Below, piece by piece: positions 13,251 through 23,940 of a DNA stretch of 64,000 bases. The stretch lies in assembly GCA_013239625.1 (NCBI GenBank), contig MU054323.1, positions 13,127,950 to 13,191,949 on the forward strand, in the 5' to 3' direction. Made by a program: the position numbers and the translations under genes. The notes beneath the pieces were generated by a model. That model did not search any database and was not told the DNA's origin. It saw only the letters and a program-made list of their open reading frames with translations. The first letter of the stretch is position 1, and every line of letters begins with the position of its first letter. The stretch is from Lama guanicoe. Lineage: Eukaryota.

Positions 13251-14171
13251 TAATGACATTTGCTGTCTTCACAGGAGGGGGTCGAAGGTGGTGATGGTAT
13301 GCCTTGAGTGGGATGCTGCAGAGAGATCTGACCTGAACTGTAAAATCCAGCAGTGATAACACTTCAGTGAAGTGTAAGGCAGCACCATTCCTTACAGCTC
13401 TGCAAAGACAGGGAAGGCACTAGCTGGTAGAAGAAGTGGGCTTTTAAAAGGATTGTCTTGTCAAGTCAGTTTTCCCTCCCTTTTGCCAGCAGTTGGGGTA
13501 GAATGTGGAGGCACAGCCTTGGAGTAACACCTGTGACCAGGGAAGAAGTGGCCCGAGTAAGGCTTGGCTGCTTCAGTCTAGACAGACCTCTGCAGGACAC
13601 ACGACCTCTGGTTGTGCCTAACAACTGTCTAGGATGGCAGCGGCTCTGGGAGTAAGCACCTCGATGGAGCGTCCACGTCCAGGGAGCTGAATGAATTGAG
13701 GTTTGTACTCTGCTCCTTGCGCACGTGCTCAGGACTCCCATTGGCGGTGATGAGGAAGATGTGATCTCCTCCCTTGGGCGCTTGGTATGTGCCTGATAGA
13801 ACTCGGGTCCCACGGGAGTGTAACTTGTTAATTCTGCCTAGTCCTCTCGGGTCTGTGAGCATCTTTGGAACAGATACCATGTTAATTTGGGTAGTGATAG
13901 AGACCATATGTTTTTGAGGTTCTCTTGGTTTGACTGATGCAGGAAACTTGAGCCTTGGAGGGATCAGTAACTGAGGTTATCAGCCAGTGAGTGGAGGAGC
14001 TAGGATTCCAGCACAGGACTGTCTGATGTCAACATCTGTACCCTCTTGACCACTTTCTCCCCACCCCCCCATCTTTTATCTGTATCTCTGGCACATGATA
14101 GTTAATAAATGTTAGTTGAATGAATGAATGATACCTGTGCACCCTTAGAGGTGGAAGCTAAGCATTGCTTT

Positions 14172-14767
14172 TGTTACCAGAGAATAGGTTCTTGTCTCAT
14201 AGGAGAGAATTCAAAACTGAGACATAGTAAAGCAACGGTAGATTTATTCAGGGAGATACTCCATAGGCAGAGTGCAGGCCATCTCAGAAGGCAAGAGAGG
14301 CCGCCCTAGGAGATACATGTTCCATAGACACAATGTGGTCCCTCTCAGAAGAGGGAGCACTGTCTCCTCTCCACCCCCTCCCCCCACTCTACCCTTGCCC
14401 TGGGTAATGGGGTCATCTTGGAAAGCACAAGTGGCCCTGGGTGTGGGAATGTTTCTGTTTTATGGACTCTGTAATTTCATATGCTAACGAGCGGGAGTAT
14501 TATTACAGCTGTTTTGGGGAAGGGGTGGGGATTTCCAGGAATTGGGCCCCACCCACTTTTTGGCCTTTTATGGTCAGTCTGGAAACTCATTGCACCTCTG
14601 GGTTGTGTCATTTAGAGTGCTGATGTATTACAGTGAGGCTCAAGGTCTGCTGGAAGGTGACTCTTCTGCCATCTTGGACTGAGTTAATTCTGACCAGTTT
14701 ATGTCCTATCCTCAATGCTGTGTTACTCTTTTAATGGTTGTGCCCTGACCTCTTTCCTCCTGTCTCA
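14172..14767 (-). mobile_element. Solo ERV1-class LTR, 596 bp
   Basis: TG...CA termini, TSD CTTT (14168-71 / 14768-71), minus-strand AATAAA near 14245, and an internal duplicated GAGATAC...CCATAG...TCTCAGAAG block. Confidence 0.82.
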
Positions 14768-17359
14768 CTTTTACTTCAACATAATGCAGAGTTGCAAAAC
14801 ATAAGAATAGTGACAAAGAGCCCCAGGCATTCGAGCCTGATGAGCTGCCAGAAGGAAGCCCTGTGCTCTCAGGGCCTCCACCCGGCTGTGTCTCCCAGGT
14901 CTGGATTTCCCAGTCTCCAGTCCAGCTTCAGAATCTGCTTCTGGAGCCCTTCCAGGGAAAGCTTTCCAAATGTTCCTTGATGCCGTTTGGACTTTGACTT
15001 TCAGTGCGATTCTTCCTTCTGACACTCCCTGGTGGTGCCTCCCCTGCTGCCCTTTGAGGAAAATCCTCACCCCACGCCCAGCTCCAGGTGCGGGGTCCCT
15101 CTAGCTATGTGGCTGGAGAAAATAGGTCAGCCTTTTTGCATCTCAAGTTTCTCTGTAATGTGAGGGGCTTGAAGTAGTAGGTAGTCTATTTCCATAGTTA
15201 TATACCAGTTTTTTTTTTTTTATCGACCTCTAAGAATCTGCTAAAAACACACAAATCTGTGGGACTCAGACTCCCCTCAGACAAAGCCTGTCCGTCTACC
15301 AGTTATGCCACATAAAGTATTTCTTCTTTACTGGGTTCTCTCCATCCCTGACAGTGTATGGCGTGCCATTATAATAACATGGCCTTCTTCTTCATTAGCA
15401 AATTTATTGTAAGGACAGTCTGTATTAGGACTAGTCAAATTCATGAACCTTTCAACCTGGGCTCTGATATAGAAAAGATTTAGGATTTTGGTGTAGGTTC
15501 CAATCAAATAGGTGCTGCCAACTCCAGACCTGAAGACTTGTGGATTATTCCTTCTGATTTTTTACCCCCATTTTCTTATCTGTATTATATACAAACAGTG
15601 GGATGAGTGTGTTATTCCTGGAGGAATAGTGGAGACATGTTTCATAGGTGGAGTTTTTTGGCCTTACAGGGAACAACAGTAATTTATCACCAGTTTTCGT
15701 TTAAACACTTAATGAGTGAAATATTTCAGGAGCTCCTAGGTCCCACAGAAAAACTTGAAATCCTTTCTTCCCAATACTCTTGATTTCTGTACACAGCAGC
15801 TACCCCCCAAGAGTCCCTGTTCCCACGACCCTAAACTCTCTGAAGCTCTTCTCACCCCACCTCCTCTTCCTGGCCCTGTTTTCTGCCGGTACACTCTGTC
15901 CTCTGTTGTCCAAATACCACCCCCTTGACGGGGCTGCTTCAGAGGTCTGGGTTCCTTCCTCTCACCAGGGAGGTTTCAGTCCCTCCTAACTTTACAGACT
16001 TTATTTCATTCCTGTCATAGGTGGAAGATAGGAAGCCAAGGGGGTAAGAGAGAGGAAACCATCTTAGGATACATCCCTGAGTATCAGAGGACCACGTGGT
16101 CCCCACGCTGCTCACTCCAGCAGACATTCGCCCCAGTGGAACATACCTTTCAACAGATGAGCATTTTATTCATAACATTCTAACCAGTCCCTCGTACATT
16201 TGAATCAAACCTTTGTTTCACTTGCATGTATTTTTGAAGGGAAATAAGGGAGCAAAATCAAATATTTGGTTTATAGCAGTGAAGATGGTTAAATGCAGAC
16301 GTTCTTGGCCTGCCTCTCTGACCCTCCTTACTGGTCTGCCCCGTCCTCCCTCCCAGTCGTTCAGATAGCCGGTTGGTTGCCCTGGGACTCAGATGGGATT
16401 TTATTTACTGCTCAGTGGAAACAGTTGGGGGCTGGGGTGGAGGAAGCAGTTAGAACAATACAGGCATTTTGAAACAGTTTCTTGACTTTTTTTTTTTTTT
16501 TTTGGCAGCCAAGAGGCCTGACCAATTTTTTTTTTTTAATATTTTACCTCAGTGGGCTCTGCGTTTGCCAGTGTAAATGTTTCCAAATTGTTCTCTTGAT
16601 TTCATTCTTAAGAACCCAGGCAACTGGTATAATGTATACGCACACAAAGATTACTTTTGGTTTTTTGGTTTAAAAATGCAGGTATTTCTGTTGGGGAGAA
16701 CTGATGGCTGTGAAGTTATCAGAAGCCGACGAATTGAACTCTGTGGAAGAGCGCTGTTAGAGATGGTAGTAGTAGAAAGCAGTGACAGTGTTAAGGGTGT
16801 TCTCATAGGACCTGCGTTGGCATTTATGGGAAGTCTCACAGAAATGAGGAACTTACCAGTCCTTTTTATTTTCAACATTTCAGCAAATTAGTCCTTAGAA
16901 CTCAATATCTCCTGGGTCCCCTATGGGTAGTTTAATGTGTAACTAAAAGACATGAAAAGAGATTTAACAGGATAAATGGGTTATGGCAATAAAATGTAAG
17001 CAGGTGAGTGATACAAGTTAATGGTAATGTAACTTTCCGTGGAGCTCTTCCGGTCCTTTGTATTTGAATTGTTTGCTATTATTTTTGTTAGTAGTTCTGT
17101 TAGACAGCTCTTGGGGAATAAGTTTATTTTGCTGTCTTTAGCCTTTAAGGATATAAGGTTAAATGCTCAACAGAGAGAGAGAAAAGAAATTAGGGGTTTT
17201 GTTTACTTCCCTTAATACTTTGGCCTTTGAAGCTCTTGTTTTTAATTTTAAGAACTCTTTTCCTGCTGAGTCTAGGAGAAATCGTGTAAGATACTGGAAA
17301 AAGGAATTGACTCTAATCTTGTTTCTGCCATTGCTAACAGAGGCTCAGTTTTTTGGTGT

Positions 17360-17450
17360 CGAGTAAGTTACTTCATCCCTCTGGCCCTCAGTTTCCCCAT
17401 CTGTAGAGTGATGTGATTGGACTCGATGGTTTCCAAGTCTCTCAGCTGTC
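17360..17450 (+). mobile_element. MIR SINE fragment
   Basis: AAGTTACTTCATCCCTCTGGCCCTCAGTTTCCCCATCTGTAGAGTG. Confidence 0.7.
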
Positions 17451-18589
17451 TGAACGCTGACAGAAATCAGTGAAGTTAGAACTGGCCTCCCTGCAGAATG
17501 TAGAACACCAGACTGTTACCACATGAATGGCAGGATAAGTCTGGGGAGTTACATACAGCCATTTACTCTAATTGGCTTGCATTACTCAGTGGGTAACATA
17601 TAACAATGCTATTTTATTCAATGACTTAGATCTTACAAATTCCCTAGTTGCTGGAAACGTCATGAATCTTCTGGCTTTGGCAAACATATCGCTTTTATGA
17701 GTCACATTGCACATCATGATGAACCCCATGGTTTTCTGAGCTAATGTACAAGGTAATGCTATCTTCCAGATAGGGGGTAAAGCCCCTACATCTGCCTATT
17801 TCTCTAAAGAGGGCATTTTTTTTCTCACTTTAAAAATAATTGCATTACCAAATGTAAACATGCATAGTAAGATGTGATCATTTTAAAATTCATACTCTAT
17901 GCTTTTTTGTGCCAGTGTAAGCACATTTTGCTGTCTCTGGTCTTGAAGGACATGAGAAGGGTAAAGGAAATGAAGGTAAAAACATGCTTCTAAAATGTCA
18001 GTGGGGAGAAGATTCTTATTCTGGCCATGCCAGTAGCAGCAGACTTCTATCAGGTGACCCTTCATACAGGTAACAGTTGTACACTCTGGACAAAATATAA
18101 AGTCAATTATTTGAAGCCACCAGAGAGCAGAGAAATTGGAAGGGAGTTGATTCTTGGAAGATGTGAATTGCATAGGATAAAGTTATCCTTTATGTATTGT
18201 TTGTGCTTGATGACATTCCCCAGTCTATGCAGAGCAGGCTAGATGTAGGGCAGCAAGTGGCAGTTACTGGCTGGAGGAGTTGGGGGATGAACGGCATTTG
18301 TGGTTGCCAGACTGACTGGAAAGTGAGGAGATGCATCCAGGAAAGGAGGGAGCCGCAGAAGAGAAAACCCCAATGTTTATATGTAAATTCTGTCCAAATT
18401 CTTGGCCGATCCATGGGGAGACTCTGAAATTCCCAATGATAAGAAACATCTGGAAAATGGAAAGAGATGAGTAGTTCTAGCTCCTGCACACCATAGGAAA
18501 ACAGTAGTTGGAGCTTGAATCTAGCCAATTAAGTGTCTGGTCAATATTCTTCAGAAGATGATGGTCTCTACAACATAATGTTCATAATA

Positions 18590-19430
18590 CCCTTTCTGTA
18601 ATACCAATCATGAGAAGAAAGGGAGAATGACACACAGTCAAGAGAAGAAGCAGTCAATAGGAAACAACCCCAAGATGACTGACATACTAAAATTTAGTGC
18701 ACATGGACTTTAAAAGCAGCTGTTATAGCAGACTTAAAATACGGTCATAATGCAACAGTAGATGGGAAGTTTAAGAGAAAAATAGAAAACAAAAAACCCA
18801 AGTGGAAGTAAACGTAATTTCTGTCAATCTGTCTTCAAATTCAGTCATTCTGAGAACAAAGAGAAAAATGATTGAAAAAAAATGGAAAGGTGTCTCAGTC
18901 TTGTAGTATAATAGCAAATAGTACGTATGTAATTGTGGTCTCAGAAGACAAGAGAATGTGGCAGGAAAAATGTTTGAAAAGGTAATGGCTGGCAGTTTCC
19001 CAAATGAGGTGAAAAACAAATTTAAAGATGAAAGCAGCTCAGCAAACCTCAAGATGAATATGAGGAAAATCGCACCTGGGCACGTCATAAAAAACAGCTG
19101 AAAATCCAAGATAAAGAGAAGATTGAAATCAGCCAGAGTAAAAAGACAAATTACATGGAGTAGAACAGTGATATAAAAGATGGGCCACTTCTCATCAAGA
19201 ACAAAGGAGGTTGTAAAGGGGTGGAACGTTTTTGAAGTGCTAAAATTTCAAGTAGATAGCTTGTTTCCTTATGTCCAAGGAGAAATCCTTCAAAAACAAA
19301 GATAAAATAAAAATATTTTCAGAAAAATGAAAATGGAGACCGTTTGTTATGTATCTGTCCAACAGGAAATTCTGAAGGAAGTTCTTCAGGCCTAGGGGGA
19401 AGGACACCAGATGGAACTCAGTATAGTTGT
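18590..19430 (+). mobile_element. Old L1 ORF1-region fragment
   Basis: GGCAGGAAAAATGTTTGAAAAGGTAATGGCTGGCAGTTTCCCAAAT, ACTTCTCATCAAGAACAA and AATCCTTCAAAAACAAAG resemble degenerate ORF1 segments. Confidence 0.7.
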
Positions 19431-20549
19431 GTGGGGTTTATAAATAGGGAGATGTAAGCTTCTTACATTTTTATGTGTTTGACAAGTGCTGTAGAGATCT
19501 TAAGGATAGTGAGATCTATGAAGCTGTTACTGTTCTTGCAAGAAGAACAGAAGGTCACCATGGCGATTTTATGGTACTTTGTAGTTCTTAGTTTTTTCTT
19601 TTTCTTTTTTAAATGTGTAGGTCGTTCATAAAATTCTCACAGGAACATTGGGGAGAAAGAACTTAGATGATATAAAAATCAGATTGTAAGAGAAAAGGAA
19701 GTGGTGGTGGTAATGGGTGTAGATTAATCACATATTAAGGGGACAGGAGGTAGCTGAGGAGCAGAACAAAATTTTTGTAAAATTATTTTTAATACCTCCT
19801 TTGAGATCCTTCACTTAAAACTTGGTAACTCTGACAGGGTGGAAGGGGGTGGAGATGGAGGGAAGAAGAAGGTGCTGATAAACCAGTCCTAGGAGAAACA
19901 ATGGCCAAAATGTTGACGCTACAGAATCATAAGTCTGTAGAATCCATAGGTAACTAGGTGAATAAAAACTTTCCTGAAGGAGTTTTAGTGTAAAAAGTAT
20001 CCTGCTTAATTGTATCTACTGTGATCTCAAAACTTTCGGATTGCACACTAATATCATCAAAAATGTTTTAGTTGGCACCCTATGTATGTGACCCATGAGC
20101 TATAGAGCTAATACATTATGAATGTCACAAAACATCCTAAAAAATAAAAGATGAAAAGAAAGAGGAATATAAGGAAACAAAAGTAGACCAAACTTCTAGT
20201 ATTACTAGATTACAGCATTAACATTTTGTATAATTTGAGTATGGCACCTAGCTGAAAGACTACTGCAGTGACAGTAAAATAGGGTATACTTAGAATTATT
20301 CTGTTACTAATTATCTGTCTATATTTCTGTTTATGGAGTAGACATAAAACTTGATACAACTGGAATATCATATGCATTTGAAAAAAGCATGTACAGCTTT
20401 AAAATTCAATCTTGCATTTTAGCTTTTCTATCGTTCCTCACCACTTGAGCTACAGTGCTTGCCTTCATAAAAAGCTAATATTAATAATCTAGTGAATAAG
20501 CTGTAGTATGTTTTCCATGTCCACATTGTCGTGTATAGACTTTTTTAAT

Positions 20550-21125
20550 TGCTCAGTAAATTAGGATATAGTATATGAATGTTTCTGCATCTTGATTTTC
20601 TAACTTAGAGGATTTTTTTATGACCTATTTTAACATAGATTAAACTAATTTTTAGTGATTACATAATACTCTTTGTAAATGTGTTGATCTATTGAACCAT
20701 TCTTCTATTGGGCATTCAGTTTGCTGTAGTTTGTTTTTGGCTCTTGTAAACAGTGATTCAATAAATGTGTTACATAGATATCCTTAAGTACTGGGATTTA
20801 TTTCTTTAAATTATAAAGGATATGCTTATTAAGTTATTGGATATATTTATCTTGAATTTAAATTCTAGATTGATTTCCAAAGTCTTAAAATTCACATTTC
20901 CACTAGGAATGCCTGAGTATTGTTCTTCTCCCACTTTATATCCCTGTCAGCAGTAGGTCCATCATTTTCTTGTTTCAAATTTGGTAATTTGAAAATATTT
21001 TGGCAGAATGGATACAAATGCAGTCTTAAGTTGGCATTTTCAGTGAGGCAGTGTTTCCTCTCATGTAAGTCTTCTGGATTTTCTCTTCAGTGAATTACAT
21101 ACTCATGTCCTTGATCCGTTTTCTT
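20550..21125 (-). mobile_element. Very old L1 (L1ME-like) 3' fragment that hosts the 3.94-kb L1; continues at about 25083-25200
   Basis: Degenerate antisense L1 text (TTCACATTTCCACTAG...TTGGCATTTT...TCTTCAGTGAATT...TCCTTGA|CCCATTTTCTTATTGGAT) reads through when the insert is removed. Confidence 0.6.
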
Positions 21126-21449
21126 TCTTTTTTTTTTAATTTTTTTTATTGAGTTATAATCATTTTACAATGTTGTGTCAAATTTCAGTGTAGAGCACAA
21201 TTTTTCAGTTATACATGAACATACATATATATTCATTATCACATTTTTCTTCACTGTGAGCTACCACAAGATCTTGTATATATTTCCCTGTGCTATACAG
21301 TATAATCTTGTTTATCTATTATGCATTTTGAAATCCCAGTCTGTCCCTTCCCAGCTCCCACCCCCTTGGCAACCACAAGTTTGTATTCTATGTCTATGAG
21401 TCTGTTTCTGTTTTGTATTTATGTTTTTGTTTTTGTTTTTTTTTAAGAT

Positions 21450-21720
21450 TCCACGTGTGAATGATCTCATATGGTATTTTTCTTTCTCTTTCTGGCTTAC
21501 TTCACTTAGAATGACATTCTCCAGGAACATCCATGCTGCTGCAAATGGCGTTATGTTGTCAATTTTTAAGACTGAATAGTATTCCATTGTATAAATAAAT
21601 ATACCACATCTTCTTTATCCAGTCATCAGATGACGGACATTTAGGCCGCTTCCATGTCTTGGCTATTGTAAACAGTGCTGCTATGAACATTGGGTTGCAG
21701 GTGTCATTTTGAAGTAGGGT
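21450..21720 (-). pseudogene. L1 ORF2 C-terminal remnant, frameshifted
   Basis: DTCNPMFIAALFTIAKTWKRPKCPSSDDWIKKMWYI, then MEYYSVLK...FAAAWMFLENVILSEVSQKEKEKYHM. Confidence 0.9.
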
Positions 21721-21866
21721 TACTTCTCCCTAAAGTGGGTCTCTTGTATGCAGCGTATTGAAGATTCTTGCTTTATTATCCACTCTGCCACTCTACGTCT
21801 TTTGACTGGAGCATTTAGTCCATTAACATTTACAGTCGTTAATGACAGATGTGTGTTTATTGCCAT
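21720..21866 (-). pseudogene. L1 ORF2 N-terminal (endonuclease) stub, 48 codons then TAA at the deletion junction
   Basis: MAINTHLSLTTVNVNGLNAPVKRRRVAEWIIKQESSIRCIQETHFREK* contains the NVNGLN and QETH endonuclease motifs. Confidence 0.9.
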
Positions 21867-22270
21867 TTTGAACTTATTTTTGCAGTTGATTTGGTATATC
21901 CTCTTTGTTCTTTTCTTCTTCCTTTTGTGGTTTGGTAATTTTCCTTTGTATTATCTTGGATTTTATTTAGGTTTTGTGACTCACTTATAAGATTTTGGCT
22001 TGTGGTTACCCTTTTTGAAAGTCTGTTAACCCATTACTATAACTCTTTGTATTAAACAGATAGTAATATAATCTTAAACCTATCCTATGGAGAACAAAAA
22101 ATTTAAAAAAGGAAAAAAAATACTCTATATTTCCTTACTTCCTCACCCACTCTTAATGATTTAGATGTCTTCTTTCACATTTTTGTGTTTATTCTATTTG
22201 TAATTCATGATAGTTATCACCTTTCCAGTTATGAGTTTCTCATTTTTGTAGCATCCTGCTTCTTTTCTAT

Positions 22271-23153
22271 TTAGAGAAGACCTGTCAGTATTTCTTTTAG
22301 CATGGGTTTAGTGTTGTTAAACTCTTAGTTTTTGCTTGTCTGTGAAATTCTTTGTCTCTCTTTCTATTCTAAAGGATAGCCTTGCTGGGTAGAGTATCCC
22401 AGGCTGCATCTTTATTTCATTCAGGAATTTGAATATATCTTGCCGCTCCCTTCTGGCCTGTAGTGTTTGTGTAGAGAAATCAGCTGAGAGCCTTATGGGG
22501 ATTCCCTTGTAGCTCACTCTTTGTTTTTCTCTTGCTGCCTTTAGGATCGTTTCTTTATCCTTGACTCTGGCCATCTTGATTATGATATGTCTTGGTGTGG
22601 GTCTGTTTGGGTTCTTCCTGTTTGGGACCCTCTGAGCCTCCTGTACTTGGATATCTGATTCCTTGTCGAGGTTTGGGAAGTTTTCAGTCATGATTTCTTC
22701 AAATACCTTTTCAATCCCCTTTGTTCTTTCCTCCCCTTCTGGAACCCCTATTATGCATAGATTGGCACACTTTATATTATCCCGTAAGTCCCTTATATTG
22801 TTTTCATTGTTTTTCATTTGTTTTTCTCTCAGCTATTTTGATTGGGTGCTTTCTGTTGTCCTGTCTTCTGGGTCACTTGTACACCTGCTTTGTACAGCCT
22901 TTAGATCAGCTCTCATCTCAGCAAATGAGTTTACCAGTTCTACTTGGTTCTTCTTTATAGCTTCGATTTCATTTTTGACATATTTTATATCTCTAAATAC
23001 TATCTCTTTTAGTTCCTTCAGTACTTTGATCACTCCTTTTTTGAAATCTTGACCTAGTAGGCCATCAATGTCTATTTCATTGATTGTTCTTTCAGGGGAT
23101 TTCTCTTGCTCTTTTAATTGGGAGTGGTTCCTCTGCTTCTTCATATTGCTCAT
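22271..23153 (-). pseudogene. L1 ORF1p, disrupted
   Basis: MSNMKKQRNHSQLKEQEKSPE... coiled coil followed by NLCIIGVPEGEE, RPTPRHIIIKM, IRLSADFS and YPARLSF motifs. In-frame TAG at 22833-22835 and a frameshift near 22320; the shifted frame ends FNNTKPMLKEILTGLL*. Confidence 0.93.
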
Positions 23154-23266
23154 ATCTGTCTAGCACTGTGGCTTAAAGAGTATCAGTCATCTATTGTGGT
23201 CCTTAAGGAGTTTATTTATTTGTCTATCTAAAGCCTATGCAGGAATAAAACTTAAAAAAATTTTGA

Positions 23267-23940
23267 GAGAATTTTAAAAGAGTGGGGCAAAAAAAGGTTT
23301 GAAAACAGTGTATAATCAATAATAGAAGAGCAAATTGAAGCAGAATAGCAATTGAGTTGAGACTTTTAAAAACCTTTAAAAAAGGAGGAAAAAACAGAAA
23401 ACAATATTTGAAACCTGTGTATAATCAATAACAGGAGATCAAAACCAAGAGAATTAAAAATGAAATGAGGTGGATTTTTTAAAAATAGTAATAAAAATAT
23501 TTTAAAAGAAAAATTTAAAAGGGATTAAAACTGGAGACATATACAATTGTTTAAAAAGTAAAATTTTAAAAGGTAATAGAAAATAGAACAGATTTTAAGA
23601 AAGGATAAAACGAGAATTTTAAAAGAAGGAAGGAAAAAAGGTTTGAAAACAGTGTATAATCAATAATAGAAGAGCAAGTTGAGGCAGAATAGCAATTGAT
23701 ACATCTTTTAAAAACCTAAAGAGGAAAAAAATCAAAAAACAATATTTGAAACCTGTATATAATCAAGAACAGGAGATCAAAACCAAGAGAATTAAAAATG
23801 AAATGAGGTGGATTTTTTAAAAATAGTAATAATAAAAATATTTTAAAAGAAAAATTTAAAAGGGATTAAAACTGTAGACATATACAACTGTTGAAAAAGT
23901 AAAAATTAAAAAGGTAATAGAAAATAAAACAGATATAAAA
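23267..23940. repeat. Two tandem copies of a ~345-bp A-rich unit inside the L1 5'UTR
   Basis: Both units start GAGAATTTTAAAAG (23267, 23612) and share long near-identical blocks such as AGGAGATCAAAACCAAGAGAATTAAAAATGAAATGAGGTGGATTTTTTAAAAATAGTAATAA. Confidence 0.92.

Noticed and set aside
5137..14767. A single provirus bounded by the 5137 and 14172 LTRs
   Set aside because: The 14172 LTR has its own TSD on both sides, similarity is only partial, and no gag/pol/env remnants were recognised between them.
23267..23940. Repeat array resembling CRISPR or satellite DNA
   Set aside because: Eukaryotic context with just two long units inside an L1 UTR and no repeat-spacer structure.
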